This document shows, one piece after another, positions 1 through 20,204 of a stretch of 64,000 bases of DNA; the first letter of the stretch is position 1, and each line of letters opens with the position of its first letter. The stretch is from the NCBI RefSeq assembly GCF_009914755.1, contig NC_060948.1. One strand, 5' to 3'. The DNA comes from the human T2T-CHM13v2.0 reference genome, Homo sapiens. The position numbers and the translations under genes are program-made. The notes beneath the pieces are model-generated. The model was not told where the DNA came from. It worked only from the letters and a program-made list of their open reading frames with translations, and made no database searches.

Positions 1-574
1 CCAATATAAGTAACATACATAATATTATAATATAGATTATATTATGTTATATTAAATATCATATATATCATGTATCATATATTCTATAATATATATTATA
101 CATTATATAATATGTATGTTGTCTATTATGTGATATATATAACTATATATATAATTATATTATTATACATATAACTAGATAAACATGTAATTCTACATAT
201 TTTCATTTATAATATATAGAATTATATAATCATATATAATTATTTATATTCTATAAAAAATTATATCATCATATAAATTATAATATATAAAAATTATAAT
301 ATGTACTACAAATATATATATTATATATCATATATGATATAGTACCTTTGTTATATATCATAATACATATAAATGTGTATTATGTTATCTATAATTATAT
401 AATTTCATATATAAGATGTATAATATGTATTATATATTATATATGTTATGTAATATATATAGTATATATAAGACGACACAGGATAAATATTATATACTAT
501 GACATATAAAATATATGAGGTTATATGTTACATATAAGGCATAGCACATAACATGTAATATATATCATATATAA

Positions 575-866
<292 letters not shown>

Positions 867-1440
867 AGATCCATATTTTTTAAATGAAAAAAAATTTCAA
901 AGGTACTCTGCTTGGTACAATAATCAAATGTATAAACTGAGGTATTAAACATAACCATGAATCCTACTTATAACTGCATATGGAAAATACAGAGGATAAT
1001 TTTTTAAATAACATATTTTGAAAGCCTTAACTAGTAATTTGAAGAGTTGGCATTTGAAAGGCCAGTATGAATATACCTTCAAAGCAGCAACACAGGTTCC
1101 CCATGAGAAAAAGCAAACTCAGGGAAAATAAAACCACAAAGGTTCAATCTCTTCTGACCTTTGAAAGACACAGCACAGACAGTGGTCCTTAGGACGAAGA
1201 GCAGGAGACCCCTAATTCCGTCACCATGGCGATAGGGCATAAACATTGCTGGGTGAGGGCACAAACCACATTGTGAGGTCCAACTGCTGCCAGGAAGACA
1301 GGAGTGCTTTTACATAGACCGAAAGGTCATTGAAGGCTCAGAGTTTTGTTTCAAGAACTGAATCCCAAGCCCACACGTTATTAGGCTGCGCTTCTTAAAA
1401 CAAGTTATCAGATGGGAAAAAGGGCACCCACAAAAATACG
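867..1440. repeat. HSATI-like non-Alu segment of unit 1 (~575 bp; present in every unit directly after the Alu)
   Basis: Complex, moderate-GC sequence from AGATCCATATTTT to GGGCACCCACAAA, near-identical in all units. The name is assigned from the known DYZ2 architecture, not from an alignment; the right boundary is approximate. Confidence 0.75.
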
Positions 1441-3282
<1,842 letters not shown>

Positions 3283-5410
3283 AGATCCATATTTTTTAAA
3301 TGAAAAAAAATTTCAAAGGTACTCTGCTTGGTACAATAATCAAATGTATAAACTGAGGAATAAAACATAACCATGAAACCTACTTATAACTGCATATGGA
3401 AAATACAGAGGATAATTTTTTAAATAACATATTTTGAAAGCCTTAACTAGTAATTTGAAGAGTTGGCATTTGAAAGGCCAGTATGAATATACCTTCAAAG
3501 CAGCAACACAGGTTCCCCATGAGAAAAAGCAAACTCAGGGAAAATAAAACCACAAAGGTTCAATCTCTTCTGACCTTTGAAAGACACAGCACAGACAGTG
3601 GTCCTTAGGACGAAGAGCAGGAGACCCCTAATTCCGTCACCATGGCGATAGGGCATAAACATTGCTGGGTGAGGGCACAATCCACATTGTGAGGTCCAAC
3701 TGCTGCCAGGAAGACAGGAGTGCTTTTACATAGACCGAAAGGTCATTGAAGGCTCAGAGTTTTGTTTCAAGAACTGAATCCCAAGCCCACACGTTATTAG
3801 GCTGCGCTTCTTAAAACAAGTTATGAGATGGGAAAAAGGGCACCTACAAACATACGTATACATTATGTATATAATAATATACAGTATCATATATATAATA
3901 TATATAACCCATGTATAATATTGTTTAACATCCTGCATCTTATATTATATATATTGTATAAAATATAATAATTGATAATATATAAATTTTATATTTATAC
4001 AATATGACATATAGTATATATTATAATTTATTACATATATAATATATGTTATATATTATATATAGAATATATTATATGGTTAATATACGTATTAAATATA
4101 AATTATACATTATATATATTATATATAATATATCTGCTATATATAATACCCATTGTGCATAATATATATATTATGTCTATGTTATATATAGTATAAAACA
4201 ACATATAATAATATATAATTGTATATATAAAACGCGACATATAATATATATTATATTTTATGACATATGTAATATATATTATATATTATATATAATACGT
4301 TGTATGTATAATACCTATATTAAATATAAATTATATGACTATGTTATTAATTACATGTCACATGTGTTATATATTATATATTTTACATAGATTATACCGG
4401 TTACATACAATATATACTATGTTACCTACAATGTATAATTTATTACATGTAAAATAAAGAATGCAATATATTATGTATAATTTATAATATACAATATGTG
4501 GAATGTGATATATATAACATATAATATATGATATAGGATATACAGTATATGGTATATAACATACAATATATGATACCTAATATATATGGTATACAGTATA
4601 TATTTTATGATATGTATTCCCTATGTTTTATATTCTGTTATATATAACTATTTGAAATTATATATAACTGTATAATATTTTATGTAAATATGTAATATAA
4701 TATATATAAAAATATAATATATTATATATAACTATATATTGTGTTATATATACTTTTATAACATAATTTACATAAAATATCATAATATAATATATATTAT
4801 ATTATTTCATATTACATAATATATATTACATATCACCCAATATAAGTAACATACATAATATTATAATATAGATTATATTATGTTATATTAAATATCATAT
4901 ATATCATGTATCATATATTCTATAATATATATTATACATTATATAATATGTATGTTGTCTATTATGTGATATATATAACTATATATATAATTATATTATT
5001 ATACATATAACTAGATAAACATGTAATTCTACATATTTTCATTTATAATATATAGAATTATATAATCATATATAATTATTTATATTCTATAAAAAATTAT
5101 ATCATCATATAAATTATAATATATAAAAATTATAATATGTGCTACAAATATATATATTATATATCATATATGATATAGTACCTTTGTTATATATCATAAT
5201 ACATATAAATGTGTATTATGTTATCTATAATTATATAATTTCATATATAAGATGTATAATATGTATTATATATTATATATGTTATGTAATATATATAGTA
5301 TATATAAGACGACACAGGATAAATATTATATACTATGACATATAAAATATATGATGTTATATGTTACATATAAGGCATAGCACATAACATGTAATATATA
5401 TCATATATAA

Positions 5411-5702
5411 TTTTTTTTTAGACAGAGTCTTGTCCTGTTGAACAGTGTGGAGTACAATGGCGCCATCTTTGCTCACTGCAACATCTGCCTCACGGGTCCA
5501 AGCGATTGTCCTCCCTCAGCCTCCCAGGTAGCTGGGACTAAACCACACTGGGACTACACCAGCTGCCACCATGCCTAGCTAATTTTTTGGATTTTTAGTA
5601 GTGACAGCGTTTCACTGTATTGGCCAGGATGGTCTTGATCTCTTCACCTTGTGATCCCCTTGCCTTGGCCTCCAAATTTGCTGGGATTACAGGCCTGAGC
5701 CA
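5411..5702 (-). mobile_element. Alu copy (unit 3)
   Basis: Near-identical to the unit 1 Alu. Confidence 0.93.
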
Positions 5703-7803
5703 AGATCCATATTTTTTAAATGAAAAAAAATTTCAAAGGTACTCTGCTTGGTACAATAATCAAATGTATAAACTGAGGTATTAAACATAACCATGAATCC
5801 TACTTATAACTGCATATGGAAAATACAGAGGATAATTTTTTAAATAACATATTTTGAAAGCCTTAACTAGTAATTTGAAGAGTTGGCATTTGAAAGGCCA
5901 GTATGAATATACCTTCAAAGCAGCAACACAGGTTCCCCATGAGAAAAAGCAAACTCAGGGAAAATAAAACCACAAAGGTTCAATCTCTTCTGACCTTTGA
6001 AAGACACAGCACAGACAGTGGTCCTTAGGACGAAGAGCAGGAGACCCCTAATTCCGTCACCATGGTGATAGGGCATAAACATTGCTGGGTGAGGGCACAA
6101 TCCACATTGTGAGGTCCAACTGCTGCCAGGAAGACAGGAGTGCTTTTACATAGACCGAAAGGTCATTGAAGGCTCAGAGTTTTGTTTCAAGAACTGAATC
6201 CCAAGTCCACACGTTATTAGGCTGCGCTTCTTAAAACAAGTTATGAGATGGGAAAAAGGGCACCCACAAAAATACGTATACATTATGTGTATAATAATAT
6301 ACAGTATCATATATATAATATATATAACCCATGTATAATATTGTTTTACATCCTGCATCTTATATTATATATAGTATAAAATATAATAATTGATAATATA
6401 TAAGTTTTATATTTATACAATATGACATATAGTATATATTATAATTTAGAACATATATAATATATGTTATATATCATATATAGAATATATTATACGGTTA
6501 ATATACGTATTAAATACGAATTATACATTATATATATTATATATAATATATCTGCTATATATAATACCCATTATGCATAATATATATATTATGTCTATGT
6601 TATATATAGCATAAAACAACATATAATAATATATAATTGTATATATAAAATGCGACATATAATATATATTATATTTTATGACATATGTAATATATATTAT
6701 ATATTATATATAATACGTTGTATGTATAATACCTATAATAAATATATATTATATGACTATGTTATTAATTACATGTCACATATGTTATATATTATATATT
6801 TTATATAGAATATACCGGTTACATACAATATGTACTATGTTACCTATAATGTATAATTTATTACATGTAAAATAAAGAATGCAATATATTATGTATAATT
6901 TATAATATACAATATGTGGAATGTGATATATATAACATATAGTATATGATATATGATATACAGTTTATGATATATAACATACAATATATGATACCTAATA
7001 TATATGGTATACAATATATATTTTATGATATGGATTCTATATGTTTTATATTCTGTTATATATAACTATTTGAAATTATATATAACTGTATAATATTTTA
7101 TGTAAATATGTAATATAATATATATAACTATATAATATATTATATATAACTATATATTATGTTATATATACTTTTATAACATAATTTACATAAAATATCA
7201 TAATATAATATATATTATATTATTTCACATTACATAATATATATTACATATCACCCAATATAAGTAACATACATAATATTTTAATATAGATTATATTATG
7301 TTATATTAAATATGATATATATCATGTATCATATATTCTATAATATATATGATAGATTATATAATATGTATGTTGTCTATTATGTGATATATATAACTAT
7401 ATATAATTATATTATTATACATATTACTAGATAAACATGTAATTCTACATATTTTCATTTATAATATATAGAATTATATAATCATATATAATTATTTATA
7501 TTCTATAAAAAATTATATCATTATATAAATTATAATATATAAAAATTATAATATGTACTACAAATATATATATTATATATCATATATGATATAGTACCTT
7601 TGTTATATATCATAATACATATAAATGTGTATTATGTTATCTATAATTATATAATTTCATATATAAGATATATAATATGTATTATATATTATATATGTTA
7701 TGTAATATATATAGTATATATAAGATGACACAGGATAAATATTATATACTATGACATATAAAATATATGAGGTTATATGTTACATATAAGGCATAGCACA
7801 TAA

Positions 7804-8118
<315 letters not shown>

Positions 8119-10216
8119 AGATCCATATTTTTTAAATGAAAAAAAATTTCAAAGGTACTCTGCTTGGTACAATAATCAAATGTATAAACTGAGGAATAAA
8201 ACATAACCATGAAACCTACTTATAACTGCATATGGGAAATACAGAGGATAATTATTTAAATAACATATTTTGAAAGCCTTAACTAGTAATTTGAAGAGTT
8301 GGCATTTGAAAGGCCAGTATGAATATACCTTCAAAGCAGCAACACAGGTTCCCCATGAGAAAAACAAACTCAGGGAAAATAAAACCACAAAGGTTCAATC
8401 TCTTCTGACCTTTGAAAGACACAGCACAGACAGTGGTCCTTAGGACGAAGAGCAGGAGACCCCTAATTCCGTCACCATGGCGATAGGGCATAAACATTGC
8501 TGGGTGAGGGCACAATCCACATTGTGTGGTCCAACTGCTGCCAGGAAGACAGGAGTGCTTTTACATAGACCGAAAGGTCATTGAAGGCTCAGAGTTTTGT
8601 TTCAAGAACTGAATCCCAAGCCCACACGTTATTAGGCTGCGCTTCTTAAAACAAGTTATGAGATGGGAAAAAGGGCACCTACAAACATACGTATACAGTA
8701 TGTATATAATAATATACAGTATCATATATATAATATATATAACCCATGTATAATATTGTTTAACATCCTGCATCTTATATTATATATAGTATAAAATATA
8801 ATAATTGATAATATATAAATTTTATATTTATACAATATGACATATAGTATATATTATAATTTATTACATATATAATATATGTTATATATTATATATAGAA
8901 TATATTATACGGTTAATATACGTATTAAATATAAATTATACATTATATATATTATATATAATATATCTGCTATATATAATACCCATTGTGCATAATATAT
9001 ATATTATGTCTATGTTATATATAGTATAAAACAACATATAATAATATATAATTGTATATATAAAACGCGACATATAATATATATTATATTTTATGACATA
9101 TGTAATATATATTATATATTATATATAATACGTTGTATGTATAATACCTATATTAAATATAAATTATATGACTATGTTATTAATTACATGTCACATATGT
9201 TATATATTATATATTTTACATAGAATATACCGGTTACATACAATATATACTATGTTACCTATAATGTATAATTTATTACATGTAAAATAAAGAATGCAAT
9301 ATATTATGTATAATTTATAATATACAATATGTGGAATGTGATATATATAACATATAATATATGATATATGATATACAGTATATGATATATAACATACAAT
9401 ATATGATACCTAATATATATGGTATACAATATATATTTTATGATATGTATTCTATATGTTTTATATTCTGTTATATATAACTATTTGAAATTATATATAA
9501 CTGTATAATATTTTATGTAAATATGTAATATAATATATAACTATATAATATATTATATATAACTATATATTATGTTATATATACTTTTATAACATAATTT
9601 ACATAAAATATCATAATATAATATATATTATATTATTTCACATTACATAATATATATTACATATCACCCAATATAAGTAACATACATAATATTATAATAT
9701 AGATTATATTATGTTATATTAAATATCATATATATCATGTATCATATATTCTATAATATATATGATGCATTATATAATATGTATGTTGTCTATTATGTGA
9801 TATATATAACAATATATAATTATATTATTATACATATTACTAGATAAACATGTAATTCTACATATTTTCATTTATAATATATAGAATTATATAATCATAT
9901 ATAATTATTTATATTCTATAAAAAATTATATCATTATATAAATTATAATATATAAAAATTATAATATGTACTACAAATATATATATTATATATCATATAT
10001 GATATAGTACCTTTGTTATATATCATAATACATATAAATGTGTATTATGTTATCTATAATTATATAATTTCATATATAAGATGTATAATATGTATTATAT
10101 ATTATATATGTTATGTAATATATATAGTATATATAAGATGACACAGGATAAATATTATATACTATGACATGTAAAATATATGAGGTTATATGTTACATAT
10201 AAGGCATAGCACATAA

Positions 10217-10531
<315 letters not shown>

Positions 10532-12632
10532 AGATCCATATTTTTTAAATGAAAAAAAATTTCAAAGGTACTCTGCTTGGTACAATAATCAAATGTATAA
10601 ACTGAGGAATAAAACATAACCATGAAACCTACTTATAACTGCATATGGAAAATACAGAGGATAATTTTTTAAATAACATATTTTGAAAGCCTTAACTAGT
10701 AATTTGAAGAGTTGGCATTTGAAAGGCCAGTATGAATATACCTTCAAAGCAGCAACACAGGTTCCCCATGAGAAAAAGCAAACTCAGGGAAAATAAAACC
10801 ACAAAGGTTCAATCTCTTCTGACCTTTGAAAGACACAGCACAGACAGTGGTCCTTAGGAGGAAGAGCAGGAGACCCCTAATTCCGTCACCATGGCGATAG
10901 GGCATAAACATTGCTGGGTGAGGGCACAATCCACATTGTGAGGTCCAACTGCTGCCAGGAACACAGGAGTGCTTTTACATAGACCGAAAGGTCATTGAAG
11001 GCTCAGAGTTTTGTTTCAAGAACTGAATCCCAAGCCCACACGTTATTAGGCTGCGCTTCTTAAAACAAGTTATGAGATGGGGAAAAGGGCACCTACAAAC
11101 ATACGTATACATTATGTATATAATAATATACAGTATCATATATATAATATATATAACCCATGTATAATATTGTTTTACATCCTGCATCTTATATTATATA
11201 TATTGTATAAAATATAATAATTGATAATATATAAATTTTATATTTATACAATATGACATATAGTATATATTATAATTTATTACATATATAATATATGTTA
11301 TATATCATATATAGAATATATTATACGGTTAATATACGTATTAAATATAAATTATACATTATATATATTATATATAATATATCTGCTATATATAATACCC
11401 ATTGTGCATAATATATATATTATGTCTATGTTATATATAGTATAAAACAACATATAATAATATATAATTGTATATATAAAACGCGACATATAATATATAT
11501 TATATTTTATGACATATGTAATATATATTATATATTATATATAATACGTTGTATGTATAATACCTATATTAAATATAAATTATATGACTATGTTATTAAT
11601 TACATGTCACATATGTTATATATTATATATTTTACATAGAATATACCGGTTACATACAATATATACTATGTTACCTATAATGTATAATTGATTACATGTA
11701 AAATAAAGAATGCAATATATTATGTATAATTTATAATATACAATATGTGGAATGTGATATATATAACATATAATATATGATATATGATATAAAGTATATG
11801 ATATATAACATACAATATATGATACCTAATATATATGGTATACAATATATATTTTATGATATGAATTCTATATGTTTTATATTCTGTTATATATAACTAT
11901 TTGAAATTATATATAACTGTATAATATTTTATGTAAATATGTAATATAATATATAACTATATAATATATTATATATAACTATATATTATGTTATATATAC
12001 TTTTATAACATAATTTACATAAAATATCATAATATAATATATATTATATTATTTCATATTACATAATATATATTACATATCACCCAATATAAGTAACATA
12101 CATAATATTATAATATAGATTATATTATGTTATATTAAATATCATATATATCATGTATCATATATTCTATAATATATATGATACATTATATAATATGTAT
12201 GTTGTCTATTATGTGATATATATAACTATATATAATTATATTTTTTTACATATAACTAGATAAACATGTAATTCTACATATTTTCATTTATAATATATAG
12301 AATTATATAATCATATATAATTATTTATATTCTATAAAAAATTATATCATTACATACATTATAATATATAAAAATTATAATATGTACTACAAATATATAT
12401 ATTATATATCATATATGATATAGTACCTTTGTTATGTATCATAATACATATAAATGTGTATTATGTTATCTATAATTATATAATTTCATATATAAGATGT
12501 ATAATATGTATTATATATTATATATGTTATGTAATATATATAGTATATATAAGATGACACAGGATAAATATTATATACTATGACATATAAAATATATGAG
12601 GTTATATGTTACATATAAGGCATAGCACATAA

Positions 12633-12947
<315 letters not shown>

Positions 12948-15073
12948 AGATCCATATTTTTTAAATGAAAAAAAATTTCAAAGGTACTCTGCTTGGTACA
13001 ATAATCAAATGTATAAACTGAGGAATAAAACATAACCATGAAACCTACTTATAACTGCATATGGAAAATACAGAGGATAATTTTTTAAATCACATATTTT
13101 GAAAGCCTTAACTAGTAATTTGAAGAGTTGGCATTTGAAAGGCCAGTATGAATATACCTTCAAAGCAGCAACACAGGTTCCCTATGAGAAACAGCAAACT
13201 CAGGGAAAATAAAACCACAAAGGTTCAATCTCTTCTGACCTTTGAAAGACACAGCACAGACAGTGGTCCTTAGGACGAAGAGCAGGAGACCCCTAATTCC
13301 GTCACCATGGCGATAGGGCATAAACATTGCTGGGTGAGGGCACAATCCACATTGTGAGGTCCAACTGCTGCCAGGAAGACAGGAGTGCTTTTACATAGAC
13401 CGAAAGGTCATTGAAGGCTCAGAGTTTTGTTTCAAGAACTGAATCCCAAGCCCACACGTTATTAGGCTGCGCTTCTTAAAACAAGTTATGAGATGGGAAA
13501 AAGGGCACCTACAAACATACGTATACATTATGTATATAATAATATACAGTATCATATATATAATATATATAACCCATGTATAATATTGTTTTACATCCTG
13601 CATCTTATATTATATATATTGTATAAAATATAATAATTGATAATATATAAATTTTATATTTATACAATATGACATATAGTATATATTATAATTTATTACA
13701 TATATAATATATGTTATATATCATATATAGAATATATTATACGGTTAATATACGTATTAAATATAAATTATACATTATATATATTATATATAATATATCT
13801 GCTATATATAATACCCATTGTGCATAATATATATATTATGTCTATGTTATATATAGTATAAAACAACATATAATAATATATAATTGTATATATAAAATGC
13901 GACATATAATATATATTATATTTTATGACATATGTAATATATATTATATATTATATATAATACGTTGTATGTATAATACCTATATTAAATATAAATTATA
14001 TGACTATGTTATTAATTACATGTCACATATGTTATATATTATATATTTTACATGGAATATACCGGTTACATACAATATATACTATGTTACCTATAATGTA
14101 TAATTGATTACATGTAAAATAAAGAATGCAATATATTATGTATAATTTATAATATACAATATGTGGAATGTGATATATATAACATATAATATATGATATA
14201 TGATATACAGTATATGATATATAACATACAATATATGATACCTAATATATATGGTATACAATATATATTTTATGATATGTGTTCTATATGTTTTATATTC
14301 TGTTATATATAACTATTTGAAATTATATATAACTGTATAATATTTTATGTAAATATGTAATATAATATATAACTATATAATATATTATATATAACTATAT
14401 ATTATGTTATATATACTTTTATAACATAATTTACATAAAATATCATAATATAATGTATATTATATTATTTCATATTACATAATATATATTACATATCACC
14501 CAATATAAGTAACATACATAATATTATAATATAGATTATATTATGTTATATTAAATATCATATATATCATGTATCATATATTCTATAATATATATTATAC
14601 ATTATATAATATATATGTTGTCTATTATGTGATATATATAACTATATATATAATTATATTATTATACATATAACTAGATAAACATGTAATTCTACATATT
14701 TTCATTTATAATATATAGAATTATATAATCATATATAATTATTTATATTCTATAAAAAATTATATCATTATATAAATTATAATATATAAAAATTATAATA
14801 TGTACTACAAATATATATATTATATATCATATATGATATAGTACCTTTGTTATATATCATAATACATACAAATGTGTATTATGTTATCTATAATTATATA
14901 ATTTCATATATAATTTGTATAATATGTATTATATATTATATATGTTATGTAATATAAATACTATATATAAGATGACACAGGATAAATATTATATACTATG
15001 ACATATAAAATATATGAGGTTATATGCTTCATATAAGGCATAGCACATAACATGTAATATATATCATATATAA

Positions 15074-15365
15074 TTTTTTTTTAGACAGAGTCTTCTCCTG
15101 TTGCACAGGGTGGGGTACAATGGCACCATCTTTGCTCACTGCAACATCTGCCTCACGGGTCCAAGCGATTGTCCTCCCTCAGCCTCCCAGGTAGCTGGGA
15201 CTACACCACACTGGGACTACACCAGCTGCCACCATGCCTAGCTAATTTTTTGGATTTTTAGTAGTGACAGCGTTTCACTGTATTGGCCAGGATGGTCTTG
15301 ATCTCTTCACCTTGTGATCCCCTTGCCTTGGCCTCCAAATTTGCTGGGATTACAGGCCTGAGCCA
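15074..15365 (-). mobile_element. Alu copy (unit 7)
   Basis: Near-identical to the unit 1 Alu. Confidence 0.93.
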
Positions 15366-17493
15366 AGATCCATATTTTTTAAATGAAAAAAAATTTCAAA
15401 GGTACTCTGCTTGGTACAATAATCAAATGTATAAACTGAGGAATAAAACATAACCATGAAACCTACTGATAACTGCATATGGAAAATACAGAGGATAATT
15501 TTTTAAATAACATATTTTGAAAGCCTTAACTAGTAATTTGAAGAGTTGGCATTTGAAATGCCAGTATGAATATACCTTCAAAGCAGCAACACAGGTTCCC
15601 CATGAGAAAAAGCAAACTCAGGGAAAATAAAACCACAAAGGTTCAATCTCTTCTGACCTTTGAAAGACACAGCACAGACAGTGGTCCTTAGGATGAAGAG
15701 CAGGAGACCCCTAATTCCGTCACCATGGCGATAGGGCATAAACATTGCTGGGTGAGGGCACAGTCCACATTGTGAGGTCCAACTGCTGCCAGGAAGACAG
15801 GAGTGCTTTTACATAGACCGAAAGGTCATTGAAGGCTCAGAGTTTTGTTTCAAGAACTGAATCCCAAGCCCACACGTTATTAGGCTGCGCTTCTTAAAAC
15901 AAGTTATGGGATGGGAAAAAGGGCACCCACAAACATACGTATACATTATGTATATAATAATATACAGTATCATATATGTAATATATATAACCTATGTATA
16001 ATATTGTTTTACATCCTGCATCTTATGTTCTATATATTGTATAAAATATAATAATTGATAATATATAAGTTTTATATTTATACAATATGACATATAGTAT
16101 ATATTATAATTTATGACATATATAATATATGCTATATATCATATATAGAATATATTATATGGTTAATATACGTATTAAATATAAATTATACATTATATAT
16201 ATTATATATAATATATCTGTTATATATAATACCCATTATGCATAATATATATATTATGTCTATGTTATATATAGTATAAAACAACATATAATAATATATA
16301 ATTGTATATATAAAATGCGACATATAATATATATTATATTTTATAACATATGTAATATATATTATATATTATATATAATACGTTGTATGTATAATACCTA
16401 TATTAAATATATATTATATGACTATGTTATTAATTACATGTCACATGAGTTATATAGTATATATTTTACATAGAATATACCGGTTACATACAATATATAC
16501 TATGTTACCTACAATGTATAATTTATTACATGTAAAATAAAGAATGCAGTATATTATGTATAATTTATAATATACAATATGTGGAATGTGATATATATAA
16601 CATATAATATATGATATATGATATACAGTATATGATATATAACATACAATATATGATTCCTAATATATATGGTATACAATATATATTTTATGATATGTAT
16701 TCTATATGTTTTATATTCTGTTATATATAACTATTTGAAATTATATATAACTGTATAATATTTTATGTAAATATGTAATATAATATATATAACTATATAA
16801 TATATTATATATAACTATATATTATGTTATATATACTTTTATAACATAATTTACATAAAATATCATAATATAATGTATAATATATTATTTCATATTACAT
16901 AATATATATTACATAGTACCCAATATAAGTAACATACGTAATATTATAATATAGATTATATTATGTTATATTAAATATCATATATATCATGTATCATATA
17001 TTCTATAATATATATTACACATTATATAATATGTATGTTGTCTATTATGTGATATATATAACTATATATATAATTATATTATTTTACATATAACTAGATA
17101 AACATGTAATTCTACATATTTTCATTTATAATATATAGAATTATATAATCATATATAATTATTTATATTCTATAAAAAATTATGTCATTATATAAATTAT
17201 AATATATAAAAATTATAATATGTACTACAAATATATATATTATATATCATATATGATATAGTACCTTTGTTATATATCATAATACATATAAATGTGTATT
17301 ATGTTATCTATAATTATATAATTTCATATATAAGATGTATAATATGTATCATATATTATATAAGTTATGTAATATATATAGTATATATAAGATGACACAG
17401 GATAAATATTATAAACTATGACATATAAAATATATGAGGTTATATGTTACATATAAGGCATAGCACATAACACGTAATATATACCATATATAA

Positions 17494-17784
17494 TTTTTTT
17501 TTAGACAGAATCTTGTCCTGTTGCACTGGGTGGGGTACGATGGCGCCATCTTTGCTCACTGCAACATCTGCCTCACGGGTCCAAGCGATTGTCCTCCCTC
17601 AGCCTCCCAGGTAGCTGGGACTACACCACACTGGACTACACCAGCTGCCACCATGCCTAGCTAATTTTTTGGATTTTTAGTAGTGACAGCGTTTCACTGT
17701 ATTGGCCAGGATGGTCTTGATCTCTTCACCTTGTGATCCCCTTGCCTTGGCCTCCAAATTTGCTGGGATTACAGGCCTGAGCCA
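17494..17784 (-). mobile_element. Alu copy (unit 8; 1 bp deletion in the internal duplication)
   Basis: Near-identical to the unit 1 Alu; reads ctggactaca at 17631. Confidence 0.93.
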
Positions 17785-19889
17785 AGATCCATAATTTTTA
17801 AATGAAAAAAAATTTCAAAGGTACTCTGCTTGGTACAATAATCAAATGTATAAACTGAGGAATAAAACATAACCATGAAACCTACTTATAACTGCATATG
17901 GAAAATACAGAGGATAATTTTTTAAATAAAATATTTTGAAAGCCTTAACTAGTAATTTGAAGAGCTGGCATTTGAAAGGCCAGTATGAATATACCTTCAA
18001 AGCAGCAACACAGGTTCCCCATGAGAAAAAGCAAACACAGGGAAAATAAAAACACAAAGGTTCAATCTCTTCTGACCTTTGAAAGACACAGCACAGACAG
18101 TGGTTCTTAGGACGAAGACCAGGAGACCCCTAATTCCGTCACCATGGCGATAGGGCATAAACATTGCTGGGTGAGGGCACAATCCACATTGTGAGGTCCA
18201 ACTGCTGCCAGGAAGACAGGAGTGCTTTTACATAGACCGAAAGGTCATTGAAGGCTCAGAGTTTTGTTTCAAGAACTGAATCCCAAGCCCACACGTTATT
18301 AGGCTGCGCTTCTTAAAACAAGTTATGAGATGGGAAAAAGGGCACCCACAAACATACGTATACATTATGTATATAATAATATACAGTATCATATATATAA
18401 TATATATAACCTATGTATAATATTGTTTTACATCCTGCATCTTATGTTATATATATTGTATAAAATATAATAATTGATAATATATAAGTTTTATATTTAT
18501 ACAATATGACATATAGTATATATTATAATTTATGACATATATAATATATGTTATATATCATATATAGAATATATTATACGGTTAATATACGTATTAAATA
18601 TAAATTATACATTATATATATTATATATAATATATCTGTTATATATAATACCCATTATGCATAATATATATATTATGTCTATGTTATATATAGTATAAAA
18701 CAACACATAATAATATGTAATTGTATATATAAAATGCGACATATAATATATATTATATTTTATGACATATGTAATATATATTATATATTATATATAATAC
18801 GTTGTATGTATAATACCTATATTAAATATATATTATATGACTATGTTATTAATTACATGTCACATGTGTTATATATTATATATTTTACATAGAATATACC
18901 TGTTACATACAATATATACTATGTTACCTATAATGTATAATTTATTACATGTAAAATAAAGAATGCAATATATTATGTATAATTTATAATATACAATATG
19001 TGGAATGTGATATATATAACATATAATATATGATATATGATATACAGTATATGATATATAACATACAATATATGATTCCTAATATATATGGTATACAATA
19101 TATATTTTATGATATGTATTCTATATGTTTTATATTCTGTTATATATAACTATTTGAAATTATATATAACTGTATAATATTTTATGTAAATATGTAATAT
19201 AATATATATAACTATATAATATAGTATATATAACTATATATTATGTTATATATACTTTTATAACATAATTTACATAAAATATCATAATATAATATATATT
19301 ATATTATTTCATATTACATAATATATATTACATATCACCCAATATAACTAACATACATAATATTATAATATAGATTATATTGTGTTATATTAAATATCAT
19401 ATATATCATGTATCATATATTCTATAATATATATTACACATTATATAATATGTATGTTGTCTATTATGTGATATATATAACTCTATATATAATTATATTT
19501 TTTTACATATAACTAGATAAACATGTAATTCTACATATTTTCATTTATAATATGTAGAATTATATAATCATATATAATTATTTATATTCTATAAAAAATT
19601 TTATCATTATATAAATTATAATATATAAAAATTATAATATGTTCTACAAATATATATATTATATATCATATATGATATAGTACCTTTGTTATATATCATA
19701 ATACATATAAATGTGTATTATGTTATCTATAATTATATAATTTCATATATAAGTTGTATAATATGTATCATATATTATATATGTTATGTAATATATATAG
19801 TATATATAAGATGACACAGGATAAATATTATATACTATGACATATAAAATATATGAGGTTATATGTTACATATAAGGCATAGCACATAA

Positions 19890-20204
<315 letters not shown>

